A stretch of DNA of 64,000 nt from Oikopleura dioica (Eukaryota > Animalia > Chordata), in the NCBI GenBank assembly GCA_907165135.1, contig OU015566.1:6138001-6202000 (forward strand), written 5' to 3'. Positions within the stretch are counted from its first letter, which is position 1. Every line of letters starts with the position of its first letter. This document shows, piece by piece, positions 22,414 through 34,469 of this stretch. Below the pieces are notes generated by a model. That model had not been told where the DNA came from. It searched no databases and worked only from the letters and a program-made list of their open reading frames with translations. The position numbers and the translations under genes are program-made.

Positions 22414-24270
22414 ATGGCAGTTCGGAAGCGTGAAAATGCTACTCAAAAGAGCAAAAAGCTCGTAAAAAGAGAGAAAATTGAAGATGACTCTACTCCTTCC
22501 AGTCCTAGTTACGGCAAATACTCCGTCTTGGTGCTCGTTATTCTTTCGCTTTTCCTCTTGAACCGATCCGAACCGGCTCCGAAAGCAGAGTCTACGAGTC
22601 GTTTTCAATCCGGCCCAGCGATCGTGACAACTTGGAAAGGCGTTTCCCGGGAGTGGGCCGAAAGTTGGATCAGTTATCACGCCGCTCTTGGATTCACTCG
22701 ACTTTTTATCTTCTGGGACTCGCCGGAAAACGATAAAGAAACAATCGCCTGGCTTGATTCCGACCCTGCGTATTCCTGGGTCGTTGATAATTACTCCCCC
22801 GACGATGAATACAAAAAGCGCTTTTGGATGCCAAACGAGGAAAGCGACGACTTTGAGCAGTGGGTTCTGCCTGCTTACGGCGTTCACGCGGAAACGGAAA
22901 TTACGGCGAGACAGAGCTTGTTCGCCGCTCGAGCAGCTCAAATTGGACTCAAAGAAGGCGTTTCATGGTTGTTGCACATTGACGCGGACGAGCTCTTCTG
23001 GGTTGATGAGAAGGAAGCGAGTGGATCAGCAAAGAGAATTTTTGAAACGCTTTCGGATAAGAGGTTTACTCATGCGAGCTTTATGAACGACGAGATTTTG
23101 CCGGAGACGCCGAATTTTGAAAATGATCAGGTTCAGGGATTGAAATTATTTTCCGTTAAAATTTTTTCAAAGCTTCCAAAAACACCATTTCATCAACGAA
23201 CGCTTTTCAAACGCAGCTCCTCAGTCACTTTCGATCAGCAATCGCGCTCCGTCGCTCAAGAATGGAAAGCCGAGCATGATGGAGTCAATTTTTTCATGGG
23301 CTACATGTGCGGAAAAGGAGCCATCAATCTTCAAGAGTGGAATCTCAGAAATCCAGGAGCGGCGGTCGTGCCACAACATGTCGTTCGTTTTGCGTAAGTT
23401 TCATTTTCTCTTTCCCTTTATTAATCAAAATACAAGCTCTGATTATCGAAACCTCGGCCTCATCACGCTCCTGAAACAACTCGGCATGTCTTACGAGCAC
23501 TTCGATGTGCCAGTTACGAATTATCAATCAGCAGCGCATTTTTACAAAGCAAGAATCATCCACTACATCAACTCGGACTTGGACTCAGCCAGATCGAAGT
23601 TTGGATTCCGGGAAAAGTTCGACTCCAAGATTTTCGATGCCAAACTCGCCACTGCTGAAGAAAGGGAGAGATTTGATTTGTGGAAGGCGAACTGGACTGA
23701 AGAAGAAGGAATGCCGAGTGAAGTTTATTACAATAACATGTGGAAGGCTGTCCAGGTTCGTTTGAAATGGATACTGTGGGGATCACCATGTTGTCTCTTA
23801 TTGGCCCACGTTGATAAAACTTGCTTCTGATTAGACCACAAACCCTATAAATCGAGACACGCTTGATTAAACCCCCTAAACCCGCTAAGAATTTTTCATT
23901 TTCAAAAGTTCTTTGCTGACAAAAATTTAAGGAGGAAAAGAAAACCGGCAAGAACCAAGCAGAACTGTACTACAAGAAAACCTCCCTCGTCAACCCGAAA
24001 AAGCTCAACCGCTATCTACAAACGGGCGCAATTTACCGCAACACTGACATCCGCGACTACCTTCTCAAACTTTCCAAAGAGCTCCATTCCTCTTCAACTC
24101 CCGGAGAAGTCCTGAAAGAACACAACTCTCGAAAATCCTCATCGAAGCACAAATATCACGGCTGCTCAAGAGGGCCTCATTTTCAATGCGATCACAAGGT
24201 CAGTTTTGAATTTATTAGAAGTGTTGAAGTCGGACGATGTTTTCTCTTGAAAATTTCTTGTCGTCTTTGA
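22414..24270 (+). CDS. Type II membrane glycosyltransferase, KOBITO1/ELD1-like (GT2/GT92-related fold)
   Basis: TM segment YSVLVLVILSLFLL; WISYHAALGFTRLFIFWD; RQSL; SWLLHIDADELF (DxD); PFHQRTLFK; NFFMGYMCGKGA; IIHYINSD; LYYKKTSLV...LQTGAIYR. These follow the motif order I recall for plant KOB1. Introns at 23131-23172, ~23395-23436 and ~23756-23929. 3' end approximate. Confidence 0.75.
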
Positions 24271-24304
24271 TCGGGTCTCTTCCTTGATTTCAATACTAAA
24301 ATTT

Positions 24305-25075
24305 TTAATAATCAACTGACCCGAGTCCTACTGGGCATCGTTTCGCCGATTTCAGTAACTCGTTCGCGCATCGCTCGCACATTTGGTGCCCGCAAACCGA
24401 AATGCAGCACTGATACTTGTCCGTCAAATTGTAAGGCTCGTTGCACTTCCCGCACATTGGCCTCGTCGTCAGCCTTTGAAGCTCTCGAGTTTCGTTGTCG
24501 ATCGATTTTTTAAGAGTTTTTGCTTGTCTTGTTTTTTCGCTTAGAAATGCTTTCAGCTCATTTATTTCTTGCTGGAGCAAGTTTTGTTTTTTAGAGCATT
24601 CTTGATTTCGATTGAGTCGGGCCTGGGAGTTGTGCGTGTTGCTTTCTGCTTCGTTCAGAATGCACTGCTTTATGTCAGTTGTCTTGAAAAGGGGCGAGTT
24701 ATCGATATTTTAAAGGCCTTAGATCGCGTTTCTTACTATTCTAGGAAGGCCTTGATTTATTAAATTCGCCCCAAGCCATAATGTCCTTGAAATGATCCCT
24801 TTTCCCCCATCGCTCAAAATGCTTGTTTCCTTTTTCAAAAGCTCGATTATTTCATTGGAAACGCTTTTCAGCTCTTCAAGAGCTGCCATTTCCGCGGTTC
24901 TCTCCTTTATCTCACTTTCAATCGTAGAATTTTCATCCTTCAACTCTTCGTAGCGCCGGAAATCGCTGAAAAGAGCCTCTTTTTTCTTCTCTATCGAGTT
25001 GATGCTCGAATCAAAGACCGACTCGATCTCATTCTCGCTCAGAGAAACAATGTCAAAAGAAACTGTTCGCGACAT
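24305..25075 (-). CDS. Coiled-coil + C-terminal RING-finger protein
   Basis: CGKCNEPYNLTDKYQCCISVCGHQMCERCANELLKSAKRCP (C3HC4-like), preceded by coiled-coil exons; final exon not resolved. Confidence 0.75.
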
Positions 25076-25604
25076 TGAAGATTTTTTCGATTAAAAATGA
25101 AATCTGCCGGCCGATTTAGAAATTAGAAAAAGTGCTGATTAAAATATTCAGGATTGCTGTTTCCACTTGCGATCTCCCATGTTCACTTTCGAAAAACGAC
25201 TGCTTGGCTACATCAGATACGACAGTTTCGAATGGTGGAAGAAGGGCATCACCTGGCCGCCTCGTTCCCAGCACTAGAACTTTTAAAAACCTAAAAAAGA
25301 GCTGCTTTATCCGTTTATTACACATTTTTCTTTGCCAAAAATGATTGTGCAATCACTTCGACTTTCTGTATTTCTGTAATGCTAAAAAATAGTTCTAAAT
25401 AAAAACTCACTAGTTCGGAAAACCTAAAAGTACGAATCTTCTTTTCAATAAGATAGATTGGTGCACCTCTGGTTTATAATTATTAATTATAAATTTTTAA
25501 ATAAAAATTAAAATAAAAAGGAAGTGACGTGAAGGCCGTTTTTTTTAAATTCTTTGAAAATATTTCTTTCTCGTCAGGGTTGTTGTTTTTTGGTAGAACA
25601 TAGA

Positions 25605-27460
25605 TTATTCTTGAGGGAGAATGGTGATATTCCATCTGATGTAGTACTCAGTGCCAGGCGCGTCGGGGTTTTCGCTCTTTCGGGCTTCTTGCTCTTCTTC
25701 TGTCTCGCCGCATTTAATCTCACCGTCGTTTTCATTTGGCTCTATGTTCTTCATGGAGTAGAGCACTCGACCATCTTGCTGGATGCAGTCGGCATTGGCA
25801 CGTAGAGGAATGGTTTTGTCTGAAAAGAAAATGAGAAATACGCAAGAATCAAGCACAACCGTTTTTGGTGATCCAAAGTTTCCACTCGTCTCTTTTGCTG
25901 TTGTCAAAACTGGCGATTTTGAGCTTGTATTCTCCCTCGGCTACTTCGTATTCTTGAGTGCGCATGAATTTCAAATTGAAGCTCTCGACTCCGTCCGAAA
26001 TCGCTTTCAAAATCTTCTTCGACTGAGCGTCCGAAAGACCGCCGGAAAGACGAATGTCTTTGCTATCGAATCCATAGTAGCTACCGTAGCCTTCTTTCCA
26101 AATGTCAGGTCGGATGAATTCAGCGCCTTGAGTTGTCGCTTCAATTCTGCGTTTTCGTCAGCGAGGGTGTCATTGACAACTTCCAGAGTCTTTGTTTCGT
26201 CGAGTGAGAACTTCATGTCAGCCGGCTCAACTCGGTTTTTCAGCTGTTTGACGAGGCTTTTAATCGACCCGTGGTTCATCAAAAGAGAAGCGTTCCCAAC
26301 TCGATCTTCAAGATTTTCCTTCAGGCAGCAGTTTACGAGAGCTTCCATTTCTGCTTGAGGAAGCTTTGACGGAGTCCGTTTGTTTTGAATAATGTTGTTC
26401 CAAGTAGCCGGAGGATGTTCGCCTGCGAAGGGATTTTCAAACGTACAAAGCATGTGGAAAATAACGCCCATCGACCAGATATCGCGTTTGAAAGTCACGT
26501 TCCCAGTGTCAAGCCGTTTGAAAGTTTCGGGAGGATAGAAGTAATCGCTGGGTCCTCCAGTCATTCCGCCAGAGCAAATGTGCAGGTCGAGGATTTTTAT
26601 CTAAAACCAATAAAGACCAAACATAAGAATCATTTGCTTGCCTTTTTTCCGTCAGCAGAAATGAGGATGTTTTCAGTGTTGAGTTCTTTGTGAACTTGCT
26701 TTTTCTTTTTGTGCAAGTAGTCTTAGAAAGGTTATGTTTCGAAGCAAATCAAGAAAGGCCTACCCATTGCGAAGACAATTTGAGCAGCAAGTCGGAGAGC
26801 ATCGTTTTCCGACCAGATGCCGTTTCCGCTTGTTCCACTGCCGCTACTTTTCAGGCTGCTCTTTAGCGTGCTTTTGAGGGTGCTTTTCATGACTTCACCA
26901 TCATCGTCATCTTCTCCCGCAGCTTCTTCCTTCTCTCCTTCTTCGTCAGTATCGTCGTCGTCAGAGGGACTCTCAACTAATGCTCAATTACCAATGTAGC
27001 TTTAAAAACTAAATCTTACGATCTTTCTTCATATTCGCTAGAAATTGCCCGAGATCTCCTCCAGAAAGATATTCAAGAATCAATCCTCTGTATGGAACGC
27101 TATTTGGACCGGTAAAAGAAACATCGTCGAGCAGTTTGACGATGAATTCATTGTTCATCTGCTTCAGAAGCTTGACTTCATCCTCGGTATCGGATTTGAC
27201 CTTTTCGCTCAGAAGGGCAATCGCTTTCAGTATCTTTAGCTCCCCAGCTAACAAAAAGTGTCAAAAAAGGAAAAAGAATTAATCTACCGAAGGTCTTATC
27301 CTCCACAATCCAGTAGAGTGTTGATTCTCCTAACTTCGCCTGCCTCAGTTCTCTTTATAAACATTCAAAGACTACTGCTAGAACTGCTATTCGATTTTGC
27401 CTGTGAATCTTTCCTGATACATTTGTAGCGATTGCTCGGGCCGAACTGAAAATTTTCCAT
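25605..27460 (-). CDS. Protein-kinase-fold protein, predicted pseudokinase (NEK-like scaffold)
   Basis: LKILKAI (subdomain II), EVKLLKQMNNEFIVKL, LILEYLSGGDL, HKELNTENILI (in place of HRDLKPEN), IKILDLH (in place of DFG), YFYPPE, DIWSMGVI; acidic/Ser-Gly insert at ~26760-26990. Confidence 0.8.
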
Positions 27461-27899
27461 CCTCTCTTTCTCTTTTTTTAGCAAAAATGCGTTAGCGAGG
27501 CTCGGTAGTGTTATTTGAAGGGTAACCAATGCAAATAATTTCTGTTTGAACTAAGGATTCTCAAGACATGCAAAGTTGACGTCACATTTCCAATTTGCCA
27601 CATTTGATAGAAAATTTGTTCAGTACGAGCTGAACTTTCTGCTGAAATAATTTCTCCTTACGTTTTCGTTTTCTACTTTCAGGTGTATCCATTATTCCAC
27701 TTTTCAGAATAGCCTTTTCTTGTTTCTGAATTTGACTCTACTATTTAATTCTGATCCATTGCATTGTATTACAAGTCGTTTCAAAGTAGCATTGGCAGTC
27801 ATTAATTTTTGATAAGCATTTGAATAGAGGAGAATGCTAAAATAGAAGCATCTTCTCAGAATTCATTCTAAGATGCTTAATGCATTTTTACTTTTTCTT

Positions 27900-30800
27900 T
27901 TTCTTGAGAGAGTTTCTTCATCCGCTCAGCCAGAAATATTGACAGCTGATATCTGTTCTAGCGGCGTGAATCATGAAGTTGGTTCTCCAGTGATAATCAC
28001 GTGAGCTTAATGAAAGAAAAAAAAATAATTTCAGACTGAAAATTCAGCTCTCCAAACTATCCAAACAACTACAATAATTATCATGATTGCAAAGAAGCGT
28101 TTAACTCAACGACAGATGGGCTCATGTTTGTGCTCCTTGATTTTAACGTTGAACACGCCTATGATTGGGTGCATTTCTTGGATTCAAGTGGCAGTACTTT
28201 TTTGACGCTCACGGTTAGTGTATTCAACAATTCTTATTGTCCGAAAGCTAAAATTAAATTAAAGGGCGTCCAAAATCGAGCCCCGATCTGGTTTCAGATG
28301 CCAATAGTAAAACTTCGATTTACAAGTGACGTGGATACCACGCGAACTGGATTTCAATTTCAAGTCAATAGTCTCATAAACGGTAAATTTGAATATTTTG
28401 CGGCTCATGGGAGAACATTTACCCCGCACCCCCTTGTTGCAAATTTCTCGGAAAAAAAATTCCCCCGCGAGTTGCACAGAAGGCTGCAAAGAGCTAAGAG
28501 TTAAATTCAAGAACCCGGCTACCAATGCTTCAATTGCGACTGCTTGGACGGTCTCATGAAAGTGGGCTATATTTGCGAGGAGATTCTTGAGTGCGAAGAC
28601 GAAATTAACCCTGTCTGCGGGACGAATTCGATTTGTAAGGACGTTTTTACGAGTTTTGAATGCTCTTGCGGCGCTGGTTTTATTCCAGCGACTTGCCAAG
28701 GGTACCAGGGCTGCGCAAATTTTGAATGTATCGACGTCGATGAGTGCGTTCATGATCCTTGCGTCGAGAATGCGATTTGTGAAAACACCATCGGAAGCTA
28801 TACCTGTGAATGTATTGACGGCCTCGTGATGATCGAAGACATCTGCGAAGAAATTTTCGAATGCGAAGAAAAAATCGACCCTGTCTGCGGGAAAAATTCC
28901 ATTTGCAAAGACATTTTTGCGAGCTTTGAGTGCACTTGCGCCGCTGGTTTTCTCGAGGACACTTGCCAAGGCCATGAAAACTGTGCGACTTTCACTTGTT
29001 TCGACGATGATGAGTGTACTGCTGATCCCTGCGCGGAGAATATGCACTGCAACAATACCCTTGGCAGTTTTGACTGCTTTTGTTTCGAAGGAATGGAAGA
29101 AATTGGTGGAACTTGTGTCGATATTGATGAGTGTTCTGCAATTATCAATCCATGCAGAAGCCATTCTGCCTGCAAGAACACGCACAGGAGCTATGAATGT
29201 CACTGCAATGCTGGTTTTTCTGGTGGTTTTGCCGGGGATCAAGCAATTGCTTGGACTTCAAATGCGATGATATCGATGAATGCTCTATTGGAGATCATCT
29301 GTGCGATGAGTTCTGCACAAACACTGTTGGGAACTACAGTTGTTCTTGCGATGTTACCATGCGTCAAGTGGGGCTGTTTAACTGCGAGGCTGTGATTTTT
29401 AACGGGCAAGATTTATTAAATATGGACGAAGACGACTTGAAGATATTTTTGGAGAATGAGCTCATTGTCATCGAAGAGAAGATTGAAAGCGCATTGAATG
29501 ACTCAGAAGCTGCGGCGGAAACGATCAGCGAGGTCTCAGCGAGAACAGAGAGTTTGTTATCGAACTTGCTCGCGCCAAAGGTTTCAAATGATGATTTTTT
29601 GAATAAAATCTCCTCTTCCAGAATCGATTTACTCCTAGAGTCGAGTGAAAACATTGTTAACATAAGAAAAGGTCTTGTTCATCTTCTTGAGTCCATTTCC
29701 GCCGAGACAAAGTCCACTGATTTTCTCACGATTGGAGAAGACATTTCGACTGGGGTTATTTTGGGAACGTCGAGAACAAAGGATGACCCAATTATCGCTG
29801 AAATAAAAGCCAACCCGTTTATTTACTCTGAAGACGATTTGCGACTTGGCAATAATGTTCTCTATTCAGCCAATTTTGATGGCCAAGCATTGGTCATCTT
29901 CGATCAAGAAACTCAAACAATAGAAAAAGAGATTTTAGCTGGACGAGGCGAAGTGCTCCGCTTCAATCTTGAAAACAAGGAAGACTTTTTCCTCTTCTTT
30001 GATGTTGACGAAAATCATCAATTTCAAATATTTGTCGATTTCTGGTACGAGCCTGACCCAAAACTCATCTCTTACCGGCATCACGTGATCTTGCCGGTTT
30101 TCAAAAACGAGTCGGAAATATCATCGACGTTCTGCTTCGGAGATCGATGCACTGGGGAACCATTCGGCCTCCATTTCGATGAGAAAGAAATCAACCTGTG
30201 TTTTTCAAGGCAAAAGTGCTCAATTTTCGTTCTTCTCCAATCTTTCTCGACCGAAAAGATGAGTGTCAAAATCTCCACACTCTCTGGTTCCTGTGTTACC
30301 GATAAATTTCAAAGCTGGAATAGACAGTCTTGCTCTGTAAGAAGCGATTCAAGTCGCGGAAAAATCAAATGCTCTTGTGAAATTGAAAGCAGAGACAAGA
30401 TAACCTCAAGGTTTGGTCAATACGGGACGATTGCAAATTACAGCTCACTAATTGTGAATGAAGTTCTAACAGTCAGTGTCAAGCTATTTCCGATTTTATT
30501 CGTTATTTTCTGGATAATATTGATTCTCCGAGCCCGAAGTCTCGACCGACTGCAGGAGAAAGCGAGTATTCTGCACCCACCCGCGATTTTAGGAGACTTC
30601 AGGACAGCCAATTATTATATAATCGAGATCGACACGAGATTTTCTTTCAGTCGCGCTCCAAAGATGCTCAAAATCGAGATCTTCTACGACGACCTTTTGG
30701 GTAATTCGGACCGAGTTGATTTTTACCTGGGCTCAAGAACGAAGCGACTCTTCGAAAACGGACGCTCGACATTGTTCCTTTTGAAGAGTCCAATGATGAA

Positions 30801-33392
30801 AATAAAGAGTCTGAAGCTGTCCGTCGACTTTCATTCAGAACTAGAAGCAACTTTTTTCCCACGAAAAATCTCATTCTTCATAGTCCATTCCTTTCCCGAG
30901 GAATATTCGAAAGGACGGATTAAGGACATCGCATGGCATGAGTCCACTGTTACTTTCGATTTGGAAGATGAAATTTCAGTCATGAAAGCAGATCGCATTA
31001 CTTCAACAGAAGTCCACCTAGAATCTCCTCCTTTTCAACATGAAAGTCTTTTCGAGCGATTTTTAACGAACAATCATTGGCTCGGACCAGCGGCATCGAA
31101 AAGACAGACCGAAATTTCAAACTCTTCCAGGGTTATTTTCGCGTTTTTACCTCTTCTTTTATCGATCTTTTTGTCCTTTTTGCTTTTTCAGAATACAAAT
31201 TGGATTGCGGAAAAAATCGTTTCTCCGAAATTTCTTGTCTTTGGGCCAGTTACTTTGTCGACTCTTCAACTGCCTGTTTTATCGTTGGAGATTTTATTAT
31301 TGACTGTCCAATTTTTAAGTCGGCCTTTATTGTTAAAAATTCAAAGAAAATTAATTTTCGTGGCCAATTTATTTATATTTATTGGTTTAATTTCTATGGC
31401 TACGATTATACTTGTTCGACTTTCCTCCCTTAGAAAAGGTTCATTTCTTTGTAAATTTTCATTCAATTACAACAAATTCGAACCAAATTCTAGTGAAATC
31501 AATTTTGAGTTATGGATGACGACGAGCTATTTCTTCATATTTGCTGAAGTCTTCTTGAATCCACTCATCGTCTCTTTTGTGATCAAAAGAACCGAAGCGA
31601 ACAAGCAGGAGTTCATCTTTCTCAGGAAATCAGAAGAATACGAACAAGGAAAGTACACAGAAGCGACAAAATCCTTGCTTGACCGAGCAGCGATAACAAA
31701 ACTTGTCTACGCAGCAAAGCACAAATTGGACCTTACCATCACTCTTCGACGCTTTTTCTCTTATTTCTTCCTGACACTGAGTCTTTACGGGCTTTCAACA
31801 GTCATCGTCCCGGCAGAAAAATACGATGTCGACAAAAATTTTCGCGATAAAATTTCCATTTTCCCGGGAAAAACTCAACTCAATGTGGAATCTGCTTGGA
31901 ATCTAATTCAAGAAGAGCTTTTGCCGCTCATCCACGCTGGCAACAGTAGCAATGGGGAAATTCCAAGTCGAAAAGATAAAGCTTTTGCTCGAGACAGCGT
32001 CAATTTCCGACTTGGGCCTTCGACTCTCGAGCAGCATCGAGATCAGTGCGGCTTTTTCACAAAATATTGGCAATTTCAACCAAACGCGACGCAAAGGACG
32101 ATGCAAAAAGTGCTAAAATCGCCACTTTTAGCTTCCTACTTTTCCGAAACCCAATCGTCCCTTTCTTCCGACATTTTTCTCCAGGCTCCAAATAGACTTT
32201 CCTCGAACAGTTGCAAGTTTACCGCCGACCTCGGCACCTCAAAAGAAAGTGCTGAATACATGATCAATTATTTACAAGAAAACGCTTGGTTCGATCAGGA
32301 GACCAAGCTTCTCATCTTCGAACAAAGCTTTTTGAACATGAATATCAACTCTTTTCTTAAACTTCGGGTCGTTTTTGAATTCGTCGATGGAGGCGCGATA
32401 CTCCCAACTCTGGCAAGGCTTAAATACTAGAATAGTTGGTGATCATAAGAATCGAGATCTTGAAGGAAAGCCTTCTGAAGAATATTCAGCAGCTCAAAAA
32501 CACCGAGTTCTCTGACTACACCTTTTCTCTCAGCCTCACGATTTTCGTCGCCCTCCTTTTGACTGAAACAATAGAAATAATCAAAACCATGAAAAATCGA
32601 CAATGGAGCTTCTTATCATTCTATAAAACTATTTTATTCGCCCTAGATGTTACCATTCTCGTTTTTATCGTCCTGAGAGCGCATTACCTCTCCGAAGGAA
32701 TTGCAAATTTCGTTCTCGATCCAAAAGGCTCCCCAAAATTTTCCTCCGTTTTCTTGGTGCAGCATCACTTTCTTTCTCTCGTGGCGATTTCTTCGTTCCT
32801 CCACAGTTTCTTGCTTATTCATATTTTGTCGACTTTGAATGCCGTTGGACGTAAGTGATTTTGGCTGCTTCCTTTTGAATCGTTTTTAGAGTATAAAAGC
32901 ATCCTGAAACAGCTGAAAAAAAGCCTAGCTCCGTTTTTAATGATGCTTTTGCCGATTCAATTTGGACTTTCTTCCGTCATTTTTATCATTTTCCGCTATT
33001 CTTCCTTTATTTTCCGGTCCCTTTTGAAGACTTTTTTCATCATCATCTGGCAAGGATATTTGAAACCTTCAGGTAAAAGCGACCAAAGTAACTCATTTCT
33101 ATGTTGGCTAGATATGAGGATAGAAGTTGATCAACTGTCAGATCCGAATTGGCGGTTTTTGGCGCAATCAATCTATTTCGCCTTGAATCTGTCGATGATG
33201 TATTTGACGATGAATGTGATTGTGGCCATCATTTGCGACACAAACCAAAGCGTCAGGGAAGAGGAACTCGAACTCGACTGGCTCAGTCTCGTCGCCAACA
33301 AATTGAAAAAACTGAAGCTGCGGAAAGATTTTTTCTCGGCAAAAAAGTTTTCTGGTCAGAGAAGAACGAAATATGAAAAAGATCCCGGCTGA
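27900..33392 (+). CDS. Polycystin-1-like (PKD1L/REJ-type) protein: CUB, Ca-binding EGF repeats, GPS, TM, PLAT, multi-TM channel region
   Basis: FSSPNYPNNY...FTSD...GF (CUB); repeated DIDEC EGF units; WNRQSC...IKCSC (GPS); YYIIEIDT PLAT start; ENAWFDQETKLLIFE polycystin channel motif. One frameshift at 29227-29230; 5' end not resolved. Confidence 0.82.
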
Positions 33393-33570
33393 ACAATTTT
33401 ATAAAAAAGAAATACTGCAATAAAATATTGATTATCATAAATATTATAAATTAGAAATAAAAAACAACACGCTGAAGCTGGGTTGGGCTTTGTTATTTTG
33501 TGCGCATCCCAGCTCGTAGAAATCTGATTTTTTTTTTGGTATTTATTTTCGATAAAAAGTTCATAAGACA

Positions 33571-34308
33571 TTAGAACCCAAAACCACAGCCATCAATTTG
33601 CGCAGATACCCAAAAAGGTAAGGAACCAATTTGTAGATCATCGTGAAACCACAGCTTCGCGTGCACGGAGTGAATGCATGGCTCTTTCCAAAACCAAGAA
33701 TCAGCGACGCCTTTAAGATTATTGCAAATCGAAAGGCCGTTTTTATGCTGATCATCGTCGCATCTATATTTACTTCGGTTCCACGGAAGCCCCCTATAAC
33801 TGTAACACTGATCATGTGACAGACAAGCGGCTTCTAAGTCGTCGATGATGGGACCAGAACACCAACGCTCCCACCAACCCTTCGGCTGCCAATCGCCATG
33901 GGCGGAACATGCTGGCGGTGTTCCGCACCTAAATTTCATTTCAAAAGCAGTCAAATTACGAAAAAACACGATTTGTCAAAATTTCAATCTTACTCTCTCA
34001 GGACATAATCTTGCAAATCATCACTGGTGAAGAAGTCACTCGTCCATGATCCATCTGAGAACAAACATCGACCGTCTAGTTCGAATCTCGGGATGTAAAT
34101 GTGACCTCCGTCTCCACAGTACCATTTTACCGAGGAACATCTGTTGCCGCCAGTTGGAGCCGGAGGGTTTGAACAGGCGGAAACGACTTAATGTTTTTTA
34201 ATTTTTTTTCGAACTTATTTTTTTTTGGCTGAAATTTTATTTATAATTGAAGCTAACTTATCAATAGTGAAAAACCTTACCTTGGAAAATAATAAATAAA
34301 TCTTTCAT
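33571..34308 (-). CDS. Secreted protein: signal peptide, CCP/sushi-like module, phospholipase-A2-like domain
   Basis: MKDLFIIFQVVSACSNPP...WYCGDG...C...GSWT; then WCSGPIIDDLEAACLSHDQCY, matching the sPLA2 D-x-L-D-x-C-C-x-x-H-D-x-C-Y active-site motif. Confidence 0.65.
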
Positions 34309-34469
34309 TGTTTTAATGTTGCTAAACTTTTCCCGCTTTTAAACAGTAGAACTCCTCAATAGCGCCACTCCGTATTTTGGCGCACGCGGTCTTTTCGCAT
34401 AAAAATTTTCGTTCTTGACGCTGTCCTTCGCGTATAAAAACCGGCGATTTCTAAGATTGTTAAGAAAAG

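Noticed and set aside
29220-29235. Programmed ribosomal frameshift in the polycystin-like gene
   Set aside because: No slippery heptamer or stimulatory structure; a one-base homopolymer error is simpler.
28259-29242. 327-aa minus-strand ORF
   Set aside because: Antisense of the repetitive Cys-rich EGF exon.
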